In this document: positions 40,056-50,749 of the stretch, piece by piece
Layout of the letters: the number at the start of each line of letters is the position of its first letter
Position numbering within the stretch: the first letter of the stretch is position 1
IMG/VR virus record: IMGVR_UViG_3300035696_000012
Coordinates: 69,217-133,216 of that record
Source of the DNA: a virus
Direction: 5' to 3' (one strand)
Length of the DNA stretch: 64,000 bases
Notes under the pieces: model-generated
Told to the model about the DNA's origin: nothing
Database searches by the model: none
Seen by the model: the letters and a program-made list of their open reading frames with translations, nothing else
Position numbers and translations under genes: made by a program

Positions 40056-43000
40056 TATGTTCCCGTCCTAGTATCTATTATTAACCCCACTGGTTGTGTA
40101 TTTACCAATCCACCATCGAAAAATGTTGTAAAGTTAACATCATATGCTATAAACTTATTATTTCTTATAATAACTGGTGCACATCCAGTAGCATCTGTTG
40201 CTGGTATTCTATTAGATATATACATAAATGCACACGTATTATCCACTATTTTTAATGCTCCAGTAAATATACCCGAATTGTTTGGAAATGATCCAGCCGG
40301 TGTATCAAGAGTTGCGTTATATACGATACCAATAGCATATCCAGTAAATATATATTTGCAGTTATTATTAGATATTGTTAAATTATTTATTTTATCAGCC
40401 TGATACGTTGTATTTGGTAATATTGAATTGGGCAGATCTTGTTTTGTAGTAACATTAATAGCTCCACAGCTATTGTTTGAAATAATGGTATTAGTTGTGC
40501 AAATAGCATCATATACAACTAAACCCACATTAGTGGGAGCAATCTCAATTAATTGATTTTTATTACAATAATTATTAGATATAACACAATTATTCAACCT
40601 CGTTCCAGTAGTTGTTGTTGGAGCAATACTTGGCCCAGCAATTATTATTACTGCAAACTTATCATCTACATTTGCCGTTGTCATAAACTTATTATTTGTA
40701 ATTTTTACGTTTTCCGCAAAGCAAAGAGAATTAGCAAATATTATTGATATAAAAGCAAATCTATTTAAATTTGGTGATGTAAATATACAACTATCAATAG
40801 TTAAGTTTTCTAAACCGTTTGGTGTTATATTTGACAACAAACATGCCTTAATTGGACTAGCTGGATTTGTACTGGTAAAACTCGAATCAAGAGTGGCATC
40901 ATATGTATAATTAATTGTGCAAAGCTGAAATGTATTATTATTAGCTAACGTAAAACCAGTAGCACATGATATATTAATTATACAATTTATGAAAGAGTTA
41001 TTATTTGATAGAGTGATATTAGATCCAGCCGATGAATTAATAGTCAGGGTTGAATTAGTGAATGACGTGAACGCTCCAACTGTTGCTCCCGATACAGCGG
41101 TGATTGTACAATTATTTATTACTGAATTAGACCCAAATGTACTTAATGCTCCAAGTGTACCAATGGTACATCCAGTGAAAATAGAATTATTTCCAAAAGT
41201 AATTACTGTATTTGGTGCAATTAAGGTACAATTTGTAAATATGGCATTATTACCAAAAGCAACAGAAGTTTCTAATAAATTAATAATACAATCTATAAAA
41301 GATACATTATTGCCAAATGAAACAGTATTAGCTGGGAAATTAATAATACAATTTACAAATGATATATTAGCACCAATTGATAGGGTTGAGCTAGCCGCGT
41401 TAATCGTCATATTAGAAAATTGTATGTCATTACTTAATGAAACTATAGAAATTCCAAAATTTAATATAGCATCATTTCCATTAAAATTTGCTTGTGCTGA
41501 ATATCCTAATGATATTGATGGTGATGTAAATATTATTTGTCCTCTTATATTTACACTGGTTCCTTTTGTATTATTAGATGTATTTGCATATGATATAAAA
41601 TTAGTTAATTGAGAAATCCAAGAATTAACTGAATCAATAGTTCTAAACTGTCCTTCGGTGCTAAGTATGAAAGAATCTGTTGTTCCTGCGTACCCATTAG
41701 AAACAAATCGTCTAGCATCTGTCATAGTTAATGCAGAAATAGCTGTTCCAGTCACCGTTGCTGTCACAATATAAAGTGGAACTACATCTGTATAATTTAT
41801 TAGTAAATTATTAAAATACGTTCCTCTAACTGGATATGGATTAGATATTGATGGACTTGTTACATAAAATATTCTATTTTGATCTAATGATCCATATGTT
41901 GTAATAAGCGATGGAGCATAATCCGTTGAGGCAATTAATTCAATTTCAGATTTATTATTAGCACATATATACCAAGTAATTGTATTTACTGTTGTAGTAA
42001 AAGCAGGATATAAAGTTTCAATAACTGTTGGAATAGTAATACTTAATTCATTGATTAGAATTAATTTACCATTAATTAATGCTGTTCCACCGTTGAATGA
42101 TATCACATTTCCGGATACAGAAGAATTATCGAAGCCATTTATTATACCATTTTCATTTAGCAGTCTGGTTGGAGTACTAATATAATCAAGAGCGGAACTT
42201 GTAAATTGTTCCTCACTGACATTACCAAACTCACGTTCATCTTTTAGATATGAAACTTGTTTAATAATATCATTGACTTGACAACTTGAAATTAACATTA
42301 TCTCTTCATCAAGCTCTAATGTTTTAAATAACTGTATATCTATTGTCTTATTAGAAAAACTACTAAGAGATGTATTTATATCTATAATAAAATCTATATA
42401 ATCTATATTTGTCTCATCATAAAATCTAATTATTTCTCCTTTTTTACCAGTAATAGTTGGACCTAAATTAGACAATGTTGATGATATTGAATTCCATCTA
42501 GCCAAAAATCCTATATAAATACCGCTATTTTGATCATAATTAGTGATCGTTAATCTTATTTCTTTATCATTATTAGTTCCGGTATATCCGCGTAATTTAG
42601 GAGAAACTCGATATAAATTAATATTGGTTATATCCAGTCCAGTATTAATAAACCTAGCACGTTCATGAGAAAATGTATGTCCATTTCCATCGACATATAT
42701 TTCAAAAAATCTTTTAAACGGTCCAACAGTAGTTGCATCAAAAACATTTTCTGCATCAAATGATACAGAGTCATCTGAAAAATATATGAAAACAGGTATA
42801 TTATTTGATGTTGCTGCTGGGGATGTTCCAGCTGCATGAACACCATCATATACTGTTATATTTGTGTATGCTGCCGGCGTAGAACAATTTTGAAATGAAA
42901 TATTTTTTATAGTGAATCTTCCATAATCTCTAAAATTAAATCTAGAATCTGACAACGGGAATGCTGGCTGAATAACAATAGTCTTTCCTGGAGCTAAACC

Positions 43001-44971
43001 AGCACCAGACAAATCAAGATTTACTTGATATACTACTTCAACTCTATTTGGTAAAACATTAGTATATGGTGGAGGCAATATAGTTGCAAGCCAATATCCA
43101 TCACCAAAAGTATCTTGTATATTATTTAACACTATTGGATCTGATTTTAAACTATCTCGTTCTACACCATTTGTATAAAAGAAGTTTCTCTTTAGTGGAT
43201 AGAATAATAGCGTAGGATTAAACATTGCAGCTGCAACTGTTGCATAGGCTGTTGTTGGAGGAGGACTTGCAACATTTGCTCCACCAAGACCTAATCCTAA
43301 CGGATCTATTGAATTAAAATTATCAACAACGTTGTAAGGAAACGATGAAAGCGATGATGATGTATAATTACCATTTACATCAACAGTTCCACTTGATATA
43401 CTAAAACTCGCATTATTGTATGGATCTGCGAGCATTATGCCAAATTGACCATTATACTCAAAAGCAATAAACCTATAATTGAATCCAGGAGCCCTAAATG
43501 CTATATTGATATTATTAACTATATTATCTAATTTATATTGTCCGGGGGTTGTTCCTTTATTTCCAGTCACATCAATAGCTGGTAATGGAATAATCGTGGT
43601 TGTATCACCTGTTGGTAACAGGTATAGATATAAATTATAGTGATTCGAATCAAATGTAGATGAATTAAATCCATTACCTAATGCAGCAGCAGATTTAGGA
43701 CTTGATATAATCAAGCTCTCATAACTACCGGTATAATTCGGCGAACGACCAGATGCTAATACACCATATTTTCCTCTATGAAAAACTGCCTTATCTATTC
43801 TCGCTAAAGCATTAATATTTGAAATCGGATTTTTACCATTTATTCTAACAGCATAAGTTCTAACTAGACCATTAACATTAGATTTAACTGAATCAATTAT
43901 AAATTGATATGATATTCCTGTACCATAATTTATTGTTAATATGTCTCCCGGTTGAACCTGAGCAAACTGTGCATCAAAATTGAATGTACTTAGTTGCTGC
44001 GGGGTTGGGCTAAATAATACAACATCATCACCATTAGTAAAGCTATCAACCGGAGATGATGCCATTGGTCCGGGTGGAACATTTAAAAAATAAGATATAG
44101 CAGGAGTTGGTGGAACAATTGGCTCTCCATATCCGTCCGACAGAAAACTAGAAGCTCTGGATGTTCTAGATATACCATTAGCATATAAGTTTTGGACGCG
44201 ACTTCCTAGTAAAAGTAAACTTGAACTATCAAAGTATTCTATAATGCTCTGAACATCTTGATTTGACTGTGGTATAGTAGAAAAATTATTTGATACGACA
44301 TTTATTCCGCTAGCCATATGAGCATAATTAACTGGTGGAACTGTTCCGCCAGAAGTTGTCGTAACATTAGCACTTCCATCAGATTTTTCGTGTATTACTA
44401 AATCATTACTGATATCTTGAATTAAAAGATCGGCATTAGTTTCATTTCTATTTATAACATTAGTACCAGCGGACGGAAGTGTTGTTGGATTTGTTTTTAC
44501 AAACGGTGTTGTCTGATCAACACGAATAGCCGAAAGAAAATGATTATATGCTGTACCATCAATATGTGGTTCTAATTTAACACCAGTTAAACTTAAAAAA
44601 CCATTTAACACATCAATAGAGTTTTGTAATGTAAGTATTAATGTATATAATGATGATGTGGAATAAACTAAGCTTAATTTTGATTCTTGTATAGCGGCAG
44701 TTGGAGATATTTGTGCATCTGTTATTGGTAATGTGACCAGACCAATACCAACTAACGCTGATGGCATAATCGTTCCATCAGGATTTAATGATACAGATAG
44801 ACGCTGTGCTATTGAGCCAGTAGAGCCTTGTGCATTTATACCAACATTTGATTCAACTGCAAACATTGCTGAACGCAGAGCATTAATGGCGATGCCCCCG
44901 ATGCTTGTGATATTATCATCTACCTGTGGCAATTCAACGTTAGAATCTATTTGGAATGGAAAATTACTCAC
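40055..44971 (-). CDS. Large tail fibre/tailspike-like structural protein with a C-terminal parallel beta-helix
   Basis: 1638 aa; ~20 aa repeats (xFGNNxxFxNCxI) over the C-terminal part; the N-terminus resembles a virion-anchoring segment; GTG start. Confidence 0.65.
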   Translation of the reverse strand: MSNFPFQIDSNVELPQVDDNITSIGGIAINALRSAMFAVESNVGINAQGSTGSIAQRLSVSLNPDGTIMPSALVGIGLVTLPITDAQISPTAAIQESKLSLVYSTSSLYTLILTLQNSIDVLNGFLSLTGVKLEPHIDGTAYNHFLSAIRVDQTTPFVKTNPTTLPSAGTNVINRNETNADLLIQDISNDLVIHEKSDGSANVTTTSGGTVPPVNYAHMASGINVVSNNFSTIPQSNQDVQSIIEYFDSSSLLLLGSRVQNLYANGISRTSRASSFLSDGYGEPIVPPTPAISYFLNVPPGPMASSPVDSFTNGDDVVLFSPTPQQLSTFNFDAQFAQVQPGDILTINYGTGISYQFIIDSVKSNVNGLVRTYAVRINGKNPISNINALARIDKAVFHRGKYGVLASGRSPNYTGSYESLIISSPKSAAALGNGFNSSTFDSNHYNLYLYLLPTGDTTTIIPLPAIDVTGNKGTTPGQYKLDNIVNNINIAFRAPGFNYRFIAFEYNGQFGIMLADPYNNASFSISSGTVDVNGNYTSSSLSSFPYNVVDNFNSIDPLGLGLGGANVASPPPTTAYATVAAAMFNPTLLFYPLKRNFFYTNGVERDSLKSDPIVLNNIQDTFGDGYWLATILPPPYTNVLPNRVEVVYQVNLDLSGAGLAPGKTIVIQPAFPLSDSRFNFRDYGRFTIKNISFQNCSTPAAYTNITVYDGVHAAGTSPAATSNNIPVFIYFSDDSVSFDAENVFDATTVGPFKRFFEIYVDGNGHTFSHERARFINTGLDITNINLYRVSPKLRGYTGTNNDKEIRLTITNYDQNSGIYIGFLARWNSISSTLSNLGPTITGKKGEIIRFYDETNIDYIDFIIDINTSLSSFSNKTIDIQLFKTLELDEEIMLISSCQVNDIIKQVSYLKDEREFGNVSEEQFTSSALDYISTPTRLLNENGIINGFDNSSVSGNVISFNGGTALINGKLILINELSITIPTVIETLYPAFTTTVNTITWYICANNKSEIELIASTDYAPSLITTYGSLDQNRIFYVTSPSISNPYPVRGTYFNNLLINYTDVVPLYIVTATVTGTAISALTMTDARRFVSNGYAGTTDSFILSTEGQFRTIDSVNSWISQLTNFISYANTSNNTKGTSVNIRGQIIFTSPSISLGYSAQANFNGNDAILNFGISIVSLSNDIQFSNMTINAASSTLSIGANISFVNCIINFPANTVSFGNNVSFIDCIINLLETSVAFGNNAIFTNCTLIAPNTVITFGNNSIFTGCTIGTLGALSTFGSNSVINNCTITAVSGATVGAFTSFTNSTLTINSSAGSNITLSNNNSFINCIINISCATGFTLANNNTFQLCTINYTYDATLDSSFTSTNPASPIKACLLSNITPNGLENLTIDSCIFTSPNLNRFAFISIIFANSLCFAENVKITNNKFMTTANVDDKFAVIIIAGPSIAPTTTTGTRLNNCVISNNYCNKNQLIEIAPTNVGLVVYDAICTTNTIISNNSCGAINVTTKQDLPNSILPNTTYQADKINNLTISNNNCKYIFTGYAIGIVYNATLDTPAGSFPNNSGIFTGALKIVDNTCAFMYISNRIPATDATGCAPVIIRNNKFIAYDVNFTTFFDGGLVNTQPVGLIIDTRTGT

Positions 44972-44980
44972 TATTAGCCC

Positions 44981-45376
44981 TTATCTATTTGTTGGAAACG
45001 GTATTACTTGTGATGCAGGATTAGATTGATTTGACGACTGTTGAGAAGATACGAAGTTTTGTATTTTATCTTTTAACATTCCCTTAGCTACCTGGAAAAT
45101 TAGGCCAGATAGAAGACCAGCAACTGATCCAAAAAGTAGCCTACCGCTCAATGATGTTAAGCCATCCGGGTAAGCATATTTTGTGGCAAAGTATGCTATT
45201 AAAGCGCCGATAGATGGCGGAAGCAACGGCAAACAAAGCTCTGTCCAAAACTTATAGTTATCCAATTTAGGAAACGCGTATTCAGTAATTGTGCGTATAA
45301 ACCACATTATTACTGAGACACCTAATCCAAATAATATAAATTGCCATGAAAAAAGCGCTGTAATTCCCGGATCCAT
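44981..45376 (-). CDS. Holin-like membrane protein (about 3 TM segments)
   Basis: 131 aa with three hydrophobic segments and a polar C-terminal tail; SD AGGAG. Confidence 0.55.
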   Translation of the reverse strand: MDPGITALFSWQFILFGLGVSVIMWFIRTITEYAFPKLDNYKFWTELCLPLLPPSIGALIAYFATKYAYPDGLTSLSGRLLFGSVAGLLSGLIFQVAKGMLKDKIQNFVSSQQSSNQSNPASQVIPFPTNR

Positions 45377-45412
45377 CCTAAACTCCTATCATTATACTTA
45401 AATATGAATAGA

Positions 45413-45598
45413 TTAGCTTTTTATGAAACCAGCTCGCTCAAATAATAATTTCAATAAAAAATCCTTATCCGCTTGCGTTAAGTCTGAAAAAACCTTATCC
45501 TTAAATGAAGATAGTTGAATAACGAGATCAGCTTTTTCTTGTCTTGATTCATTTAGTCCTGGAATATCTTTTGTATTTTTAGCTCTCACTCTGCTCAT
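45413..45598 (-). CDS. Hypothetical protein, 61 aa
   Basis: In operon orientation, fills the gap; AGGA upstream. Confidence 0.55.
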   Translation of the reverse strand: MSRVRAKNTKDIPGLNESRQEKADLVIQLSSFKDKVFSDLTQADKDFLLKLLFERAGFIKS

Positions 45599-45607
45599 TG
45601 TTTTATC

Positions 45608-46006
45608 CTACGATTGATTTGGATTTAAAATGATATTTAAAAATGATATTGATTGATTTTCTAAATCTGTTTTAGATATTTTTGCTAATGATTCTATTAA
45701 TCTATAATGAGTACTTCCATCAAACTTATATGGAGTATGTCCACTATATACCTCATCAACCACTATGCACGGTTCGTTACCGTTCGTAAGATCTAAACAT
45801 AAAGAAATATTTACCAAATTAGGAAATGGTAGCGGTATAATAACCTCTGTTTCTGGCACAAAATATGTGGTAGAAGTCATTGTGGCGTAGCCATCACTAA
45901 TAGTTAAATGATAGCCATCAACGTGATACCCATCATATGTGCATGTTAAATTCAATGAATTAATTGATGCATTAAGTGTATAAACATTTTTATATGTAAC
46001 AATCAT
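45608..46006 (-). CDS. Hypothetical beta-rich protein with a triple DGY motif
   Basis: 132 aa; TYDGYHVDGYHLTISDGYAT; SD AGGA. Confidence 0.6.
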   Translation of the reverse strand: MIVTYKNVYTLNASINSLNLTCTYDGYHVDGYHLTISDGYATMTSTTYFVPETEVIIPLPFPNLVNISLCLDLTNGNEPCIVVDEVYSGHTPYKFDGSTHYRLIESLAKISKTDLENQSISFLNIILNPNQS

Positions 46007-46013
46007 TCTTGTC

Positions 46014-48593
46014 CTATCCTCCTATCCATCCATAAACAACAAATAATATAGCATCAGAAAAAGCATCAAAGTCTTGCGCATCTTGACCAAGATCTTCGGC
46101 ATAAATATCAAATGAGGAGTTAGTTATATTCTGAATACTAGTCACAAATGGCCCAGTGCTGCTACAAATTATAGTATAATTTGCGTCATCCATTATATAA
46201 TCCAATGTTACGCTAATTGGCATTCCTACCCCACCAACATATGTTATTGAGCTAACACCAAACCAATCTCCTGATGCAGGTGCTCCGGCTGTGTAAATTG
46301 ATGCCCATGCTTTTGTTATATTATCCGCATAAACAGAATTAGGTAATGAAGAAGCTGAATGTAAATTCAAACCACCAGATTGTCCGCCAATTTGGATGCG
46401 CGGTATATTTGTAGTAGTTACACCAATCTTAAAATAATTTGACCAACCACCTGATGCATTTGGAATAACATCAGTCCAAGTGGAAGTGAGTGGTACCGAT
46501 TGTGTAAATAACTGAATACCATTTGACTGATCAAATGTAATTAAAGATGACGAATGTGTGTCACTATATGATGTCCATCCAGATGAACCAGATATTTGTC
46601 CCCAATAACAATTAGAAGCTATTTCGTAAGCTCCAGTATGATTATTTCTATAAATTGTATTTGATCCTGTGGCTCCAGTAGAAGGAATATAGGTTAATGT
46701 TGTTCTTCCTGCTCCAACGGATGTAAAAGTCAATTGATTTGTCGTTGTGTAAGTAATGCCAGTTCCGACTGGAGTTACTGCTACAGCAGCAGTATTTAAT
46801 GTTGTGGTTCCAGCAACACTTAAACTGCTCAACGAAGTTGTTCCAGTAACAGACAAATTATCTGCTATATTCTGCGAACCAGATACAGTTAATGTTCCAG
46901 TGGTTGGAATCAAACTACCAGTAAGACTTAAATTACCACCAACGCTAAAATTACCAGGTTGACTGCTACCACCACTAATTGTTCCGCTTATTGTTCCATT
47001 AACAGTAAGATTTCCATTTATTTGAGCATTACCATAGTTTAGATATAATAATCTTATCCACTTGCCATTTCCAGATGCAGTAGCAAATATATTAATTCCA
47101 TCAACCGATAGCCCAGCAGCATTAGTTCCTCTATCTAAATAATAATGTTCCTCATTACTAATAACCCATACTACTGAACCAGCAGCCATACTAGTATCAT
47201 CAAGTTGTTGCAGTGCTACTGTGTTTGGTACTATTGTTCTTTGATTTGATGAATCTGACCCAAATGTATTATTTGCAATTGTAGCTAAAATAATTGTCTG
47301 TGGTGTTGATTCATTGGTTCCAAATATACTTACCGAAAGATTATTGCTAACGTTAGCATATGTTGCATTATTGTTTACAACACCAGAATTACCAATTATT
47401 TCTGCTCTTGGCATTAAATTTTTACTTGATGGAGCAGACATACCATTGATATCTACATAAACGCCATATTTTATATTATTACCATTTCCAATTATATAGT
47501 TATTATCAAACTCTATATTACAAGGAGTGGTACTTAAAATACAGTTATGTATTACAGATGCAGAATCATTTCCCAAATACCCATATACACGAATTTTATT
47601 ATTTATATACTCGCATACATCAGCATTGTATCCAGTTCCTCTAAATTCTCCTGCTATTGCAAAACCATCAATAAAACAATCTTTAACTTTCAAGATAGTC
47701 CCAGTACTAATAGGATTAGCAGGATCTAGTTGAACTGGATATGCTGTAATACCATTTGTACCAACTGTCTGACCAGTGGCGAAATTAACTCTTCCAACAA
47801 ACACAACATGATCGCATTCTAAATGCGATCCTGGCTCTTGTAATATGAGTGGGTTGTTAGCCGTGTAATTTTGAGCTAATTTATAATTAAGATCTCCTAA
47901 AATTGTTGGTTCAATAAAATTATCTCCAATAACTAAATTCATAATTTTAGTTACACGCTCAAACATAAAATATGGAATATTTGAATTTATTGCTCCATCA
48001 TTATTAATTCTGTTAATATCTGGAAGTATTTTAAACACAGGAGCAGACGTTGATGTAACTTTTGGATATGGAGGGCTTCCAGATGTTGCTGGAATAACTA
48101 ATGATGTTGCATTAACTATTTTTGTTCCATATCCTTCACCAAGAATTATTATTCCTGGTGGTACATTTATTGTATTTACAACATAATATGTTCCAGCTTT
48201 AATGACAACTATTCCACCACGAACAATTCTTTGATATTGAGTTGGTAATGCTGTATTAGTATATATTGCATTAAATATTGGATTTAATATTGTATCTAGT
48301 GATGGAACTGTTGGATCAAAATTAATAGTTCCATTTGCATTATGCCAGCTATCATATCCATCACCAATAGTAACAAAACCCTCACCGTTAGATATTAGTT
48401 GTGATATTGATAATGATGTTGCAGTAAGTGCATCCGCAACCGTTACGTATGGAAGCCCGTTGATTATTACCGGAGGAACAACATCAATTTGATCAGCGCT
48501 ATGACGAAAGCTTAACCCTTCGATATGAGTTTGAAAATCATAACGATTAGTAGACAAACCTCCAATAGGAGGTGTATAGGTAGGTTTCGACAT
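46014..48593 (-). CDS. Tailspike/fibre with a pectate-lyase-like beta-helix and a C-terminal fibre domain
   Basis: GGIVVIKAGTYYVVNTINVPPGIIILGEGYGTKI is the usual beta-helix entry motif; IEFDNNYI and EIIGNSG repeats; a Gly/Ser/Thr-rich fibre segment; C-terminal KAWASI...YIMDDANYTIICS domain. Confidence 0.65.
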   Translation of the reverse strand: MSKPTYTPPIGGLSTNRYDFQTHIEGLSFRHSADQIDVVPPVIINGLPYVTVADALTATSLSISQLISNGEGFVTIGDGYDSWHNANGTINFDPTVPSLDTILNPIFNAIYTNTALPTQYQRIVRGGIVVIKAGTYYVVNTINVPPGIIILGEGYGTKIVNATSLVIPATSGSPPYPKVTSTSAPVFKILPDINRINNDGAINSNIPYFMFERVTKIMNLVIGDNFIEPTILGDLNYKLAQNYTANNPLILQEPGSHLECDHVVFVGRVNFATGQTVGTNGITAYPVQLDPANPISTGTILKVKDCFIDGFAIAGEFRGTGYNADVCEYINNKIRVYGYLGNDSASVIHNCILSTTPCNIEFDNNYIIGNGNNIKYGVYVDINGMSAPSSKNLMPRAEIIGNSGVVNNNATYANVSNNLSVSIFGTNESTPQTIILATIANNTFGSDSSNQRTIVPNTVALQQLDDTSMAAGSVVWVISNEEHYYLDRGTNAAGLSVDGINIFATASGNGKWIRLLYLNYGNAQINGNLTVNGTISGTISGGSSQPGNFSVGGNLSLTGSLIPTTGTLTVSGSQNIADNLSVTGTTSLSSLSVAGTTTLNTAAVAVTPVGTGITYTTTNQLTFTSVGAGRTTLTYIPSTGATGSNTIYRNNHTGAYEIASNCYWGQISGSSGWTSYSDTHSSSLITFDQSNGIQLFTQSVPLTSTWTDVIPNASGGWSNYFKIGVTTTNIPRIQIGGQSGGLNLHSASSLPNSVYADNITKAWASIYTAGAPASGDWFGVSSITYVGGVGMPISVTLDYIMDDANYTIICSSTGPFVTSIQNITNSSFDIYAEDLGQDAQDFDAFSDAILFVVYGWIGG

Positions 48594-48623
48594 ACAAGAA
48601 TACTATTTTATTAGCAATATTAA

Positions 48624-50231
48624 CTATAACGTAATTGTATGTGTATGTAATCTTTCCGTAAGAACAACCCCATTTTCAATAACATGATTGTGACCTGCTG
48701 CAACAGATGTTAATTGATTTATTTGACTAATAGAAGTTACATTTTCATTAATTACAAGAGTATGAAAATGTGGTTGTATTCCAATAGATGATGAAACACT
48801 TGTAGGTATAGTGCTTGGAAAATCACTTGTATCATATGTTATTCGTACTTGGTATATTGGATCTGTTTTTCGTATTCTTTGCATTGCAAACTTTTGAGCA
48901 CCAGTTCCATCCAAGAATAATTTATTTCTTGTAACATTCAATACTTCATAACGAAACTCTTCATTACCACAATCGTCAAACCTAACAATAAAATCTCTAT
49001 CTTTTATTGTTGGAACAGGTATAGTCCAAACATTGGGTTGCATTGTTGATTCTAACCCACTATCCATAGCTATTAAATCATCAACACTTGGATCAAGTCT
49101 TACCATAATTTTTCCATCACTACGAGCTGGATTAAAATATTGAATCCAACCAACGACGATACCTGTGCCAAAACAGATATTGCAGCGTGCTTCGGGATAT
49201 TCGTTATATGGTAACATGCATTTACAAGTTATACCTGTCCATCGTCTTTGTACTAAACATACTGGTTCTCCGGTTGTTGCCAATATAATTGATGATTGTA
49301 TAGCTATATTAGCCTGTTGCGCATTCAACCCCCTCAGCTGTAAGCCAACTCCGTTATAGCCATCAGCACAACCAATTTGACCACCAATATAACTTCCTAT
49401 ACATGCACCACTTAATAGCAATGCTGGACTAGTTCTACGATATCCAGAAAACAAAAATGATGATGTGTTTTCTGCTAACGGGGTATTCATTGCATCACTA
49501 CAAGTTGCGTCTATTGTTAGAATATCTTTGGTTTTTTGACGATATCCATCTGTGATCGTAAATGGAAAATGTTCTATATCAAATCTATTCCAACATTCAT
49601 AAACTACGGTATTTTGGTCTTCTAGTTCAACCGGCCAAAAAATAACATTAGGATCCCAATATACATAACCGTCATATCCATCGGTATTATAGATAGTAGC
49701 AATACTGTTATTAAATCCTCTTTGAATTGATGGATTAATTAATACTAAATTATTATTAATATCTATACTGGAATAATTTACTAATTCTCCACCTATTTTC
49801 ACGGTTCCGGTTGCAGGAAACCCATAAGCATCTACCAATGGTATTAAAGAACTTGTTGCGGTTATATTATTTTCTAATAAACTATATGGCAATACCCCGA
49901 GTCCATTATATGCCTGCGGCAACGTTGTAGGATTAAAAAATGATGGATCATATTCAGCAGCTCTAATAGCAAAATGGTACAATGTGCCCGGTACTAAATC
50001 AATAATTTGAACGCTTGTAGAACCATCAAAAGATACAAACGCCGGAGATTGATTAAAAAACATATCGGTATTTGGTGGTGCGATACCATCATTCATATAT
50101 ATATTATACAATATCTTATATGAACGATTAGTTGGATAGGCAGTAGCCCATCTTAAAGTAATAGAATAGCCGTCGCCATTACTTTGAGCGATTATTAATC
50201 CATCTATATTAACATTTAAATAGTATGGCAT
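48624..50231 (-). CDS. Head closure/neck protein with an N-terminal FN3-like domain, a Cys zinc finger and His-rich C-terminal repeats
   Basis: TGEPVCLVQRRWTGITCKC...CNICFGTG; WTIPVPTIKDRDFIVRF...EEFRYEVLNVTR is stopper-like. FN3-like ITLRW...DLVPGTLYHFAIRA. Terminal PHFHT/GHNHV/LHTHT. Confidence 0.6.
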   Translation of the reverse strand: MPYYLNVNIDGLIIAQSNGDGYSITLRWATAYPTNRSYKILYNIYMNDGIAPPNTDMFFNQSPAFVSFDGSTSVQIIDLVPGTLYHFAIRAAEYDPSFFNPTTLPQAYNGLGVLPYSLLENNITATSSLIPLVDAYGFPATGTVKIGGELVNYSSIDINNNLVLINPSIQRGFNNSIATIYNTDGYDGYVYWDPNVIFWPVELEDQNTVVYECWNRFDIEHFPFTITDGYRQKTKDILTIDATCSDAMNTPLAENTSSFLFSGYRRTSPALLLSGACIGSYIGGQIGCADGYNGVGLQLRGLNAQQANIAIQSSIILATTGEPVCLVQRRWTGITCKCMLPYNEYPEARCNICFGTGIVVGWIQYFNPARSDGKIMVRLDPSVDDLIAMDSGLESTMQPNVWTIPVPTIKDRDFIVRFDDCGNEEFRYEVLNVTRNKLFLDGTGAQKFAMQRIRKTDPIYQVRITYDTSDFPSTIPTSVSSSIGIQPHFHTLVINENVTSISQINQLTSVAAGHNHVIENGVVLTERLHTHTITL

Positions 50232-50239
50232 ATTATATC

Positions 50240-50749
50240 CTATTCATCAACTTTTTCCATAAGTATTTGTTTAAGTTCGTTTCTATCCTTACCTTTTCTA
50301 TCATGATGATCTAACAAATGATCTACATAATTTTCTGCCTCTTCCTCACCATGTTGATGATCCAGAAACTCGACCTGACGTTTAAATCCATCTTGCTCAA
50401 ATGGATTATGTAAATAATCACCATCATCAGCGCCTTTTGTAGGTTTATCACCCATACATTGTTGTAAGTAATGTTCGCACTCATGAATTAAATAATGATA
50501 GTCATTGAAAAAATCACCATCACATAATAGCTTGTAATTTAATGTTATTACACCATGATCTGTTCGGGCGCTAACTTCGAGATCGCCAAATTTAATTGGT
50601 ATCATATCTATAATGTCTGTATCTGTGTTGTAATCCTTACACATATCGCGAAAGATATCATTCTTCTTAAGAAAGTTTTTTGCTCTATTTATTAATTTTA
50701 ATAATGTTTGCGGCGGGACTTTTTTTATATCCTCAATAGAATACTTCAT
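50240..50749 (-). CDS. Zincin-like metallopeptidase (HExxH)
   Basis: HYLIHECEHYLQQ plus downstream YLHNPFEQDGF; 169 aa. Confidence 0.6.
   Translation of the reverse strand: MKYSIEDIKKVPPQTLLKLINRAKNFLKKNDIFRDMCKDYNTDTDIIDMIPIKFGDLEVSARTDHGVITLNYKLLCDGDFFNDYHYLIHECEHYLQQCMGDKPTKGADDGDYLHNPFEQDGFKRQVEFLDHQHGEEEAENYVDHLLDHHDRKGKDRNELKQILMEKVDE

Noticed and set aside
40050-40070. Programmed frameshift fusing the 1638-aa and 364-aa beta-helix ORFs
   Set aside because: G GGA ACA is not a canonical X XXY YYZ heptamer; an AGGA SD and a TAATG overlap explain re-initiation.
827-48593. Diversity-generating retroelement target/template repeats in fibre genes
   Set aside because: No near-identical ~100-bp repeat pair differing at adenines was noticed and there is no reverse transcriptase in the window. 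A self-alignment would be needed to exclude it fully.
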